Source: Ignisphaera sp.
Lineage (GTDB): Archaea; Thermoproteota; Thermoprotei_A; Sulfolobales; Ignisphaeraceae
Reading direction: 5' to 3'
DNA length: 26,717 nt
Assembly (NCBI GenBank): GCA_038889075.1
Contig: JAWAHS010000011.1
Location: 25,385-52,101, forward strand
Part shown: positions 17,518-26,717 of the stretch, piece by piece
Layout of the letters: every line of letters begins with the position of its first letter
Position numbering within the stretch: the first letter of the stretch is position 1
The notes under the pieces: model-generated
The model's database searches: none
What the model was told of the DNA's origin: nothing
Seen by the model: the letters and a program-made list of their open reading frames with translations, nothing else
Program-made: the position numbers and the translations under genes

Positions 17518-18954
17518 GTGATATGGATGATAGTGTTGCAAATGCTAGGATATGACAACGGCACCATTTTCACCAGCAAGCAACGTAGAGCTTTGATGAT
17601 ACTGTCACTTGTAGTAATAATAGCTTCTCTAAATATAGGACTGAACTACTATGATATTATGTGGTGGATCTCGTGGTATAAAATAGTGCAAACCCACGGA
17701 ATTACTTCAATACCATCAATATACGCCTTATGTGAAGCACCTACATGCAAGGCACCTTATCCACCTTTAGCAATACTAATATTTATAGCCAGCTATGCAC
17801 TTGCCAGTGCAATACCCTACGTGATTAGATATGTAGTATTGAAGTTAGTACTGGTGATCGCGCCTGCTATGATCGTCTTCTATATTCTTAAAAAATATCG
17901 TGGAATAGATGTAGCTATAATCTGGCTGTTGAACCTTCCACTCCTTCAAATAATTCTCGTGCTCCAATTTGATGTTCTAATAGCGATGTTCGTAATGCTG
18001 TCAACTCTCTATTTTATGTTTAATAAGCCGCACTACTCAGCACTCTTCATCACCTTAGCAACATTAATAAAGCCTGTGGCGGCTATTATACTACCTCTTC
18101 ATCTATTTCTCATGCTCATTAGAAGGGAATACAAGGCGTGCCTTAAATATCTATTAACATCTGCATTATTAACGGCCATACTCGTAGTACCATTTTTTAT
18201 AGCGTCACCTAGTAAATTTATAGAGAATCTGGTTCTATTCCATAGTTCTCGCGCACCCCAAGATCTTTCACTATGGGCGATAGCCACAGTACTTGAAGAG
18301 AGTAGAATTGTTGATGAGCTAAAATTTATCAATAATTTATGGCTAGTACCGTTTCTCATATGCTACTCAATTTCATTTGCAATTCTTTACAGGGCATCTA
18401 AGAAACAGAATATAGATAAACCCATACTATATGGAATCTTTATGGCTGCCTTTCCACTACTTCTACTCATAATGTTTAATAAAATTGGCAATCTTAACTA
18501 CCTCATATGGATTGTCCCAATATCTCTTCTCGTTCTTAATTCTAAGCATATCAAGAAATTCTATCTGCTAACATCATTAATTGTTTTACTGGGTTCCCTA
18601 CCCTATGCAATTATATTACTTTTAATGCCAGCATCAGCTAACATCCCAGTATTCATTGTAGAAGATTTGAGCTACTGGGATGCGAGGGCACTTATAATGC
18701 AGTCTATAAACTACTACATCATATACATGCTAACATTACTACAAGCATATATTGCAACGCCCCTAGCAGACTTCTCAACACCAGCTGAAATGCTAAAATT
18801 ATTCTCATATATTCTTCTAGAGTTGAATGGATTGAGAAGGATTTTACTAATTGTAGTAATTTTAGTATCGCAGTCCCTTCTTACTATTACAGCACTTTTT
18901 TATCTAACTACTATGTCTAGTCGCGATGTGAAGAGCATCAAAATCTTCACATAG
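17518..18954 (+). CDS. Multi-pass GT-C fold glycosyltransferase (GT87/PIG-M-like)
   Basis: ~11-12 hydrophobic segments with YPPL, QFD, LIKP, FH..R, FNK...NY..W motifs. Confidence 0.7.
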   Translation: MIWMIVLQMLGYDNGTIFTSKQRRALMILSLVVIIASLNIGLNYYDIMWWISWYKIVQTHGITSIPSIYALCEAPTCKAPYPPLAILIFIASYALASAIPYVIRYVVLKLVLVIAPAMIVFYILKKYRGIDVAIIWLLNLPLLQIILVLQFDVLIAMFVMLSTLYFMFNKPHYSALFITLATLIKPVAAIILPLHLFLMLIRREYKACLKYLLTSALLTAILVVPFFIASPSKFIENLVLFHSSRAPQDLSLWAIATVLEESRIVDELKFINNLWLVPFLICYSISFAILYRASKKQNIDKPILYGIFMAAFPLLLLIMFNKIGNLNYLIWIVPISLLVLNSKHIKKFYLLTSLIVLLGSLPYAIILLLMPASANIPVFIVEDLSYWDARALIMQSINYYIIYMLTLLQAYIATPLADFSTPAEMLKLFSYILLELNGLRRILLIVVILVSQSLLTITALFYLTTMSSRDVKSIKIFT

Positions 18955-19116
18955 TTGCGCACCACTCTCTACTTTTAATTGAAGTTCCTTATACGACAGA
19001 GCATTCTACACAGTTTTGCTATTCAATATGCATCAGAAGAACGGTCTCCAATAACTATTTTGAAGCAGTAGCAGAAAGGATATTCCCATACCCTGTTGGT
19101 GTTTTAGTTTTTAGTT

Positions 19117-19509
19117 TCAACACTTCAGTATATTGGTAGCAATTTCTGTGAAGCTTTTCCTCTGTTCATCGCTAAGCTTTTTTATTTTTTGATAGAGCTC
19201 CATATGTGCTTTATCCTTTTGCCTTACAAAATACGTTATGTGGTTAACTAAATGTCTAATATCATTAAATGTTCTATTGCATGCAGAACATCTCCAGCAG
19301 TTAGCTACAGATGTATGCGGTGGAGCTGTTTGTATCGACGGTTTTTCTATTTTTTCTACAGTTTTGTCTAGGTATAGTAGCGCTATGTTGTGCCACAGTT
19401 CATACGGATTTTCATTACATATGGCTGCAATGGACTTTACAACATCCATAGTAAATGGGGCGCCAACTTGCCGAGCTAATTCAATATATCTTTCTGAGCA
19501 TTCTCTCAT
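19117..19509 (-). CDS. Small C2H2-type zinc-finger protein
   Basis: CSAC-x12-H plus a downstream His; ATG after GGAG. Confidence 0.7.
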   Translation of the reverse strand: MRECSERYIELARQVGAPFTMDVVKSIAAICNENPYELWHNIALLYLDKTVEKIEKPSIQTAPPHTSVANCWRCSACNRTFNDIRHLVNHITYFVRQKDKAHMELYQKIKKLSDEQRKSFTEIATNILKC

Positions 19510-19597
19510 TACAGATCTCCAGCACGGTCTTTAAATAGATACTAGATAGAAATTTTAGCTGTACAGGATATTAAATTGCTTAGACTCTAGGAATTTT

Positions 19598-19651
19598 GTA
19601 TATGATGTAAAAAGAATTCTGAAGAGTGATGTGGCTTAGAAGGGCTGATAC
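19598..19651 (+). ncRNA. Box C/D guide sRNA, predicted tRNA-Arg(UCU) guide
   Basis: C ATGATGT 19602-19608, D' CTGA 19619-19622, C' GTGATGT 19626-19632, D CTGA 19645-19648. Confidence 0.8.
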
Positions 19652-19654
19652 TAA

Positions 19655-19894
19655 TTATACGATCTCAACATATATTTTCTTCGCTATACCTTTACTGATA
19701 CCAACCTGCGAATTTCTTATGTATACAACTACATGACCACCAGTGTTGTTAACGACAAATCCTTCAGTGCCAGGTACAAAACCCATTTGTAGTAATCTCT
19801 GCTTCAATCCGTGTCCAGCAATTATATCCTTTATCTTAAATTTTGTATTCCGAGCTAGGCTCTCCAGTGTAGCGATACTGCTATTGCTAGCCAT
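19655..19894 (-). CDS. feoA: FeoA family (SH3-like) protein
   Basis: QRLLQMGFVPG, VVVYIRNSQVGISKGIAKKIYV. Confidence 0.88.
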   Translation of the reverse strand: MASNSSIATLESLARNTKFKIKDIIAGHGLKQRLLQMGFVPGTEGFVVNNTGGHVVVYIRNSQVGISKGIAKKIYVEIV

Positions 19895-19984
19895 GTAGCT
19901 CTACCAGCAGATAGCTTCCTATGCAATTCGGCATTATTATATTGAAAGACTTATAAGCCTAGCGTCACTAATTCAAGTAGGGTG

Positions 19985-20078
19985 GCCGCCGTAGCTCAGC
20001 CCGGTGGAGCGCCGGACTCATAAACAGGATGGTATTTGGGAGATCCGGTGGTCGCGGGTTCAAGTCCCGCCGGCGGCA
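19985..20078 (+). tRNA. tRNA-Met(CAT), probably elongator, with 20-nt intron at 37/38 (20023-20042)
   Basis: Acceptor GCCGCCG/CGGCGGC-A, anticodon arm CCGGA-CTCATA..A-TCCGG, T-loop GGTTCAAGTCC; BHB-like CUCA/UGGG helix; CCA not encoded. Confidence 0.93.
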
Positions 20079-20135
20079 CTTCAATTACTCAATTAGATTC
20101 CTAACTAAAATAAATCTATCGAGTATAGTTAACCT

Positions 20136-20633
20136 ATGGTGTACTTGTTGATGAATCCAATAGGAAGCCTAGACGAGTTGCTCGACAACATAACGGTATG
20201 CGTCCTCTTAATGAATGACCGAAGTGGTTACAAGGAATTCGTTGATTGTATACCTGAGGCATTACATGCAATATATAGAATATCGATGGCACTAGGTGTT
20301 AAAATGAGATATCCAACCATCAGCATGATTCTCAACTATACAAGAGGTTTTAATAAATTAGAGGAATTTGATATAGAAGAAATAATTGAATTGTTGAAGG
20401 AACTGGTAAACAATAGCAATAGAGAGAATCCAAATAGAATCCTACAAAGAATATCAAGAATAGCCATGGGTAGGGAAATAGCCGTTAATGTAAATCCGAA
20501 AGATGCACTAGAGCTACTACTAGCAACACTCTATGCAATGTTTCTCTCAACATTGGATGATTCAGAAGAGTACGTACAGGAAATACCTATAATTTCAATA
20601 CCACAAACATCTGTAGGAACCATAACAGTTTAA
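20136..20633 (+). CDS. Hypothetical helical protein
   Basis: 165-aa ORF between two tRNAs; GGTG at 20138 suggests start ~20148-20151; no recognised motif. Confidence 0.6.
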   Translation: MVYLLMNPIGSLDELLDNITVCVLLMNDRSGYKEFVDCIPEALHAIYRISMALGVKMRYPTISMILNYTRGFNKLEEFDIEEIIELLKELVNNSNRENPNRILQRISRIAMGREIAVNVNPKDALELLLATLYAMFLSTLDDSEEYVQEIPIISIPQTSVGTITV

Positions 20634-20679
20634 AGGGCAGACTAGAAAACATATTTTATATCGAAAACATCCACAAAAT

Positions 20680-20756
20680 GGGGCCGTAGTTTAGCTTGGT
20701 AGAATGCGGGGCTTGGGCCCCCGTGGTCCGGGGTTCAAATCCCCGCGGCCCCACCA
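20680..20756 (+). tRNA. tRNA-Pro(TGG), CCA encoded
   Basis: GGGGCCG/CGGCCCC-ACCA, anticodon arm CGGGG-CTTGGGC-CCCCG, GGTTCAAATCC; TATA TTTTATAT ~25 nt upstream. Confidence 0.96.
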
Positions 20757-21122
20757 AATAGACTTGTGTTCTTGACATACTTGATGTTGTGCATGATGAA
20801 TATGTTAGCGAAGAGAATACTTTGATGACGTACCTGCTGTATAGAGTGGGGGAATAAAAACTGTAAGAGGGTGTATAAAGGTCTCCTAAGGTGTTACAAC
20901 TATAGCAAAGTATTCAAATGTAGAGCTGGTAGGAGTACATAACATACTGCTTAAAGCTAAGCCCATTAGCTCAAGCCATACCTCATTTTGGGTAGGGATA
21001 ACATGCTTGAGATAGGTGTGGAGCTCGATCCTGTCCTAGCACGGTGTATAGTCCTAAACCTCTCCATAGGAATACTAGACTTTAGTGTGGGATCTGTCTT
21101 TTGTAACAGTAATAATGATGAT

Positions 21123-21347
21123 TTAGGTAGCGTAGAATCTTGCATAAAGTGCTTCCACATCTCTTGGTGCAATAGTTATAGCATTTGTAGGGCATCTGAC
21201 TACACAGGCTCTACATCCAACACACTGATCTGAATGTTGAGGGATGGATTTCTTGTCAACTATTATAAACACCTTATTTGGACATACGGCATAACACTGT
21301 GCACATCCTATACACTTTGACTGATCTACAGATACCCTATAACTCAT
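21123..21347 (-). CDS. 2x[4Fe-4S] ferredoxin
   Basis: CIGCAQCYAVCP and CVGCRACVVRCP. Confidence 0.92.
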   Translation of the reverse strand: MSYRVSVDQSKCIGCAQCYAVCPNKVFIIVDKKSIPQHSDQCVGCRACVVRCPTNAITIAPRDVEALYARFYAT

Positions 21348-21350
21348 TTG

Positions 21351-22280
21351 CTAAACCCTTACAATCTCATAGTCCATTTTTCCAAGGCCTTTCCTATACA
21401 AGGCTTCAACCTGTATATAGGGATCTTTTCCATGAATTATGAAGAACTTGTTTTCACCTGGTTTCATACCTGCTTTTTCTGCAATGGAATTTGGCATTAC
21501 AGGAGCCTGGTTTATCAAATCTATAGTAGCTTTTTCTAGTGCAACTACATCATCGGAGGCCATTATACCTACATCTGGAATTATTGGTATGTCAGACCAG
21601 GGGGCGCAATCACATGTAGGGACAACATCCATTATATAGTTGATATGGAATACCTTGCTTTGCTTATTGAGGATAACTGCATGGAATGCATCGGCTAGTC
21701 CTTCTTGGAAAGCTCTACCTGTAGGATCATCCCTTTCAAGATTATGTATTGCTGAACGTGTATTCGGACCTACACAGCCCATTGATATATTCTTTACAGC
21801 ACCTCCGTATCCTGATGATGGATGGCCTTTGCTATGAGCAAAATTTATAAGAACATCAGCATAGAATACGCTTGTCCCAATCTCGACTTCATTTATTCTT
21901 AGCGGATTAGGTACACGTATCTTAACAAGATCTGTTTCCTTTATACCTGATACCGGAATTATAGGGGCGTTGACAATGCCATAGCCATAGCCATTTTCAA
22001 TACCTACTATTACATGCCTTAATCCCCAAGTATCCGTTATGAAAGGTATACCACCGAGCTTTCTAATATAGTCAACTAGTATCTTAACAAATATTGGTCT
22101 TATTGTTCTGTATCCTCCGTGATGCATATCGCCAACATGAATCTTTATAGCTACTATGTTACCTTCTGCAACAATATTTTTCAAGGGACTCATATCCAAT
22201 AGCTTGACAAATTTATATGGAAGACTGTACTCCTTTTCAAGCCTCTCCAACTTTGCATCTGCAAATAGTACCTTTGACAT
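21351..22280 (-). CDS. DUF362 (COG2768-like) Fe-S protein
   Basis: VAIKIHVG, AHSKGH...YGGAVKNISMGC, P.CDC, DVGIMASDD.VALEKA..DL. Confidence 0.85.
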   Translation of the reverse strand: MSKVLFADAKLERLEKEYSLPYKFVKLLDMSPLKNIVAEGNIVAIKIHVGDMHHGGYRTIRPIFVKILVDYIRKLGGIPFITDTWGLRHVIVGIENGYGYGIVNAPIIPVSGIKETDLVKIRVPNPLRINEVEIGTSVFYADVLINFAHSKGHPSSGYGGAVKNISMGCVGPNTRSAIHNLERDDPTGRAFQEGLADAFHAVILNKQSKVFHINYIMDVVPTCDCAPWSDIPIIPDVGIMASDDVVALEKATIDLINQAPVMPNSIAEKAGMKPGENKFFIIHGKDPYIQVEALYRKGLGKMDYEIVRV

Positions 22281-22568
22281 AGTGAACCACACGTTAATTT
22301 TATTATAGGGAAATAATTTTTGTTAAAAATAGTTTATAAATTTTTAGATCATGACGTCCAAGGATTCCATAATCGAATATAGGTATGGTGCCGTTAAAAA
22401 TAGTGTAGACCATTCCTTAGTATCTTGATTAAGTATGCTATTTCGAGCTCGGAATAAGGATATTGTAATTAGAACTCCATGAACATATGGTGATGCTGGT
22501 AATACTTGCGTGGAAAGGCTAATTCTAATGTTATAGAACATCTAAATATAAGATATGGAAAGCGTCCA

Positions 22569-24734
22569 TTAATGAGGAAATGCTAGGAATTTGGCTTCTT
22601 CCACTATCTTTTTGCCCCAGCCTTCACCTAAGAGTTTGACTACATCATCTTCTCTATCGATTACATCCTGTAAGGTTCTGATACCATGGCTTAGTAGAAT
22701 ACGTGCTCTAACTCTTCCAACATACTTTAGCTTTACTAATTCAAGTGCGTCTTCTTTAATTCCATGCTTTACTCTTATATTTAATAGTCTGAGATTATCG
22801 CTATGATTGGTCATATTGATGGTTTTGGCTATTATAGATGCTGCATATGTTAACCATTCACCATTTTCCTTTATAACTCTCAGATCCCCTGCTTCAATAC
22901 CGTATCTCTGTAGAATCTCCCTTTCAGGAACTTCATTTATCCAATCTCGCAAAATTAAACCTACTATAAAGCCTCGAAGCCAATCAACTTTAGGGTCGTT
23001 TATCTTGAACTCGAGATTTTCAGACGGAATTTCACCGTGCAATTCATAGCTATCAATGAGGTTGAGATAATACTCATATACACCTTTACTTATACTCACC
23101 TCAGAGAAATCGGGAGTCATACCAACTAGTGTTAGATAGTAGATTTCCGATGCTCTCTTAGCATGCATAAGACCGTCAACTATAATATAGCTGGTTATAG
23201 GATCTACATAAAGTCTTGAAGTAACTATACCGAGCTTTGATGGTACAAAGATAGTGTCTTCTTCACTACTCTTTGAAGAGATCATACCAATTTCCTCAAG
23301 TAGTGTCACTATCCTCTCTATTCTAGACTCAATAGTACTTAAACCCATTTTTGATGATGCAAATGAGTTAGAAAAGAATGCTATTAACTTACGTAATGTA
23401 GTAGCTTCACCAGAGGCTATTACAGCTAATACATGTCTCCTCAAGGCCTCACTACTCCATAGAACCGACTGTAATGGTTCAGGATTACCCTTTATATAAT
23501 AGAGGGGTTCACTTTGAGTTCTGGAATCCTTTGCAACAATTACTATTCCATATGGGTCGTATTGTGGTCTACCGGCACGTCCAGCAAGCTGTTTATATTC
23601 AAGAATAGGGATTCTCACCGTGCTTTTGCCATTAAAGAACTTTGTATTTATAATAACAACTCGTGCTGGAAGATTCACACCCATGGCAAGTGTTGGTGTT
23701 GCGGCAACATACTTTATTAACCTTTCACGAAAAGCCTCTTCGACAAATCTCCTCGCTTCCGGGGTTAAACCTGCGTGATGATATGAAGCACCGCATTTTA
23801 TTAATGGAGACAGCTTCTCATATTCAAAATCAGTAACATTTTCTCTAAGTTCTGTCAAGAGAAGATTTAATCGTTCCCGATCATTATCAGATAGATTGTT
23901 GCATAGTATATTTGAATATCTGTTAGCTAGTTCCTCGACCGCCTTCCTAGAATACCTGAATTCAAGTACGTTAAATCCTTCTCTAACAGCCCTCAAAATC
24001 CAATACTCGGTAACATCATTAACGATTACTGGAGTATCATTATCCGTAAGTTCACCAGGTATATGCATAATCCATCCTTTACCACTTCCTAGAGAATATG
24101 TTACGAATTCATATAGTTTGACAGGTCTCCATTCAGATTTAATAAGGTTTGCTCCAAGCCATTTTGCTAGCTCCTCTGGATTTCCAATTGTTGCTGAAAG
24201 ACCTACAATCTGGATACCCATCATCTTAGCTCTTATAGCAATCATTTCAACTATATGCCCCCGATTTTCATCACCAAGCATATGAAGCTCGTCAATAACT
24301 AGTGTACCAACCTTTCTTAACCATACTGGTTTTCTACGCATTATCGAATCCAATCTCTCGTAGGTTGAGACAATAATATCGTAATTTTCCAATCTAGCCA
24401 ACTCTTCGTCTGTAACTTCGTAATCCCCTATAGAAATCGCTGTTCTAATACCATACCTCTCCCACATCTTGAATTCATTAAATTTCTCATATGCAAGAGC
24501 TTTTAATGGACTAGTATAGATGCCTTTTAAACCCTTTAAAACAGCATTTACAAGGGCTATCTCTCCTACTAGTGTTTTGCCACTAGCTGTCGGTGCTGAA
24601 ACTACAATGCTATAACCATCTAAAAGACCATTCCGTAAAGCTTCCAACTGAGGCGGTGTAAAATCTACTATACCTTTATCCTTAAGTCCTTTAGCAATAA
24701 CATCATGCAACTTTCTGTTAATAGGATTTGCCAT
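22569..24734 (-). CDS. hel308: Hel308/Hjm Ski2-like SF2 helicase
   Basis: PTASGKT, DELH, LSAT, HHAGL, TPTLAMGVNLP, QLAGRAGRP, C-terminal HhH VGRVRAR. Confidence 0.92.
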   Translation of the reverse strand: MANPINRKLHDVIAKGLKDKGIVDFTPPQLEALRNGLLDGYSIVVSAPTASGKTLVGEIALVNAVLKGLKGIYTSPLKALAYEKFNEFKMWERYGIRTAISIGDYEVTDEELARLENYDIIVSTYERLDSIMRRKPVWLRKVGTLVIDELHMLGDENRGHIVEMIAIRAKMMGIQIVGLSATIGNPEELAKWLGANLIKSEWRPVKLYEFVTYSLGSGKGWIMHIPGELTDNDTPVIVNDVTEYWILRAVREGFNVLEFRYSRKAVEELANRYSNILCNNLSDNDRERLNLLLTELRENVTDFEYEKLSPLIKCGASYHHAGLTPEARRFVEEAFRERLIKYVAATPTLAMGVNLPARVVIINTKFFNGKSTVRIPILEYKQLAGRAGRPQYDPYGIVIVAKDSRTQSEPLYYIKGNPEPLQSVLWSSEALRRHVLAVIASGEATTLRKLIAFFSNSFASSKMGLSTIESRIERIVTLLEEIGMISSKSSEEDTIFVPSKLGIVTSRLYVDPITSYIIVDGLMHAKRASEIYYLTLVGMTPDFSEVSISKGVYEYYLNLIDSYELHGEIPSENLEFKINDPKVDWLRGFIVGLILRDWINEVPEREILQRYGIEAGDLRVIKENGEWLTYAASIIAKTINMTNHSDNLRLLNIRVKHGIKEDALELVKLKYVGRVRARILLSHGIRTLQDVIDREDDVVKLLGEGWGKKIVEEAKFLAFPH

Positions 24735-25186
24735 AGTATACGCTCACTTACCCAAATTATAGAGTTTATGGCAATATTAAAGTTAGAGAGCTTTAAGAGT
24801 ATTAGGGTATATCCATAGTAAATGTTTTATTTGATAATTAAGTGAATATTCTGGAAGACACCTTATCCGATTGCGTCTATATTCTACGGTTTAAAATATG
24901 GATCCGTGATGCCGACAAGTATGGTAAAATCATCACCATCCACGATCCATAATATTATAAAGAATGGTCGGATAATATTGAAATTTTCAATAGATTTAAA
25001 AGCTATCACGTCAAGTATAGGATACAATTTATATAATGGGATCACGTTCACCTTCATTTAAAGGAGTAAATACACTTCAATGATTAATACTGTTATGGAT
25101 GTTACCAATGAAAACACTTATTAACTATCCTGCTAAGTCCTTTTGAAATCGAAGATGATAGAATTGTTATATAAAAGAGATGAACC

Positions 25187-26704
25187 ATGTTAAAGAGAAT
25201 GCTTGTGGTATTTTTAGCACTATTTATAATATCCTTTCTAATTATGAATTATCTAAGGATAGACAATGATACAATAGGTTCAAAAATTATAGAAATGTGG
25301 CTAAATGAAAGAACTAACGGTTCGGCTTCAGTAAGTACACCACCAGATGTGAATTCCATTCAGCTTGTTTTGGAGCAGGCATTATCACTAGCACTATTTC
25401 TCTCTGTTATAGTGGCTACAATTATAAAAATTGAGTGGAGGGTATCTGTAGCGATACTATCGATATCAATAATAATTTTCTTAGGAATTGTACCACCATA
25501 TAATCTAATCCATAAATCTATAGAATGGAATTTAATAATATTCTTAATAGGTTCAATGACACTAGCAGGTCTCCTAAGAGAATTTGGCATATTTAGGTAC
25601 TTAGCTGTAAATATTGTCAGAATCAGTAAAGATAACCCATATGTATTCATCGTTATGATATCAATTCTATCATTCATAACATCAGCAATACTGGGCGAGG
25701 TCACAAGCATCGTATATGTTACCGTGATGATATTAGAGCTCTATTCAATACTTAAGATAGACGTCATCCCACTACTTATTGTGGCAGTATTAGCTACAAA
25801 TACAGGAAGTACAGCCCTCCCCGTAGGAAATCCCATTGGTGTATATCTTCTATTTTCAACTAATATGAATCTAAGCACATACATTCGATATTCACTTCCA
25901 GTAGCACTACTAAATATCATGGCGTTGCTGTTGATGGTCTTCTTAATATATAGAAATTATATAAATAAATTGAAAGGTGTATTAAAGGCGAGGAGAACAC
26001 ATTTACAAGCTTACGTAACACATTACTATACATCATTTAATGGTGTAAAAAGAAATTATTTAGATTACGGATTATTAATGTTCGTTCTATTTATTGTAGC
26101 TATAGCATTAAATGAACATATAGCACATATTATTTCAAAGATCACTCAACAGAATATAGATCCCCACTCATTACTTGCATTTACGCCATATATATTTATT
26201 GCTCTATGCCTTACAAAGATTTATCCTGAGGAGTTGCCAAAGTATATTGAAAGATCTGTAGAGTGGCCCTCTCTACTCTTCTTTATATGTCTTTTCATAC
26301 TTGGCTACTCTTTACAATATACAGGTGTAATGGCTAAATTAGTATATGCATTAACAAAATTGACCACATCAACAGCCGCATTACTACCACTACTGCTACT
26401 ATCTACAGCAACCTTAAGTGCAGTGCTAGATAATCTGTCTGTTATTGTAGCATTCACACCCATAGCTATTCTTTTAAATAGCTTAGGTCTAGCACCATTC
26501 ACAGTCTATTTTGCCTTGTTATATGGAGGTGTTTTTGGCGGTAATTATACCCCTATAGGCTCTACAGCAAATATAGTCGCAATCTCTATAGCTGAGAAAA
26601 GAAAGATTAAGATTGGCTGGAAGGTGTGGCTAGAGGTAGCATTTCTATCAACGACTGTACAAATTTTGATTGCATTGATATGGCTATATTCTGCATCTCT
26701 ATAG
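25187..26704 (+). CDS. ArsB/NhaD (IT superfamily) ion/anion permease
   Basis: ATNTGSTALPVGNP, SAVLDNL, FGGNYTPIGSTANIV; ~12 hydrophobic segments. Confidence 0.85.
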   Translation: MLKRMLVVFLALFIISFLIMNYLRIDNDTIGSKIIEMWLNERTNGSASVSTPPDVNSIQLVLEQALSLALFLSVIVATIIKIEWRVSVAILSISIIIFLGIVPPYNLIHKSIEWNLIIFLIGSMTLAGLLREFGIFRYLAVNIVRISKDNPYVFIVMISILSFITSAILGEVTSIVYVTVMILELYSILKIDVIPLLIVAVLATNTGSTALPVGNPIGVYLLFSTNMNLSTYIRYSLPVALLNIMALLLMVFLIYRNYINKLKGVLKARRTHLQAYVTHYYTSFNGVKRNYLDYGLLMFVLFIVAIALNEHIAHIISKITQQNIDPHSLLAFTPYIFIALCLTKIYPEELPKYIERSVEWPSLLFFICLFILGYSLQYTGVMAKLVYALTKLTTSTAALLPLLLLSTATLSAVLDNLSVIVAFTPIAILLNSLGLAPFTVYFALLYGGVFGGNYTPIGSTANIVAISIAEKRKIKIGWKVWLEVAFLSTTVQILIALIWLYSASL

Positions 26705-26717
26705 ATGGTAATCAGCG

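Noticed and set aside
17518-18954. Functional link between the GT-C transferase and ino1 (inositol-lipid glycosylation)
   Set aside because: The genes are ~11 kb apart with unrelated genes between; no sequence support.
20790-20846. Possible C/D sRNA (ATGATGA ... TTGATGA)
   Set aside because: C and C' are well spaced, but there is no CTGA D box (only AAGA/TAGA); at best degenerate.
20966-21233. ORFs 20966-21172 (-) and 20988-21233 (+)
   Set aside because: They overlap the ferredoxin, have atypical composition and show no motifs.

Overview
Archaeal chromosomal window, most likely a crenarchaeote of the Desulfurococcales type (inferred from gene content, GGTG Shine-Dalgarno motifs, tRNA style and box C/D sRNAs). 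It is mostly housekeeping. RNA genes: SRP (7S) RNA, tRNA-Met with an intron, tRNA-Pro and four good box C/D sRNA candidates. Translation and RNA-processing genes: pelota, Trm14, Trm10, RNase P Pop5 and Rpp30, a COG1325 protein, a YchF/Obg-like GTPase, an RbgA-like GTPase and rpl15e. Others: UMP kinase, inositol-1-P synthase with a divergent PadR, a TFS paralogue, a GT-C glycosyltransferase, FeoA, DUF362 plus ferredoxin, Hel308 and an ArsB/NhaD-type permease. The most unusual element is a minus-strand three-ORF unit (14250 to 10154). It encodes an 821-aa beta-rich protein, then a VirB4/HerA-like ATPase split into two ORFs that join exactly at a TTT-TGA 'shifty stop' (candidate +1 programmed frameshift, 555-aa fusion), with a divergent wHTH regulator. 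Two conserved genes have no in-frame ATG/GTG/TTG upstream of essential motifs (probable ATT and CTG/ACG starts). Two C/D sRNAs appear to guide wobble-position (N34) methylation of tRNA-Leu(CAA) and tRNA-Arg(UCU). All calls come from reading the sequence; no searches were run.
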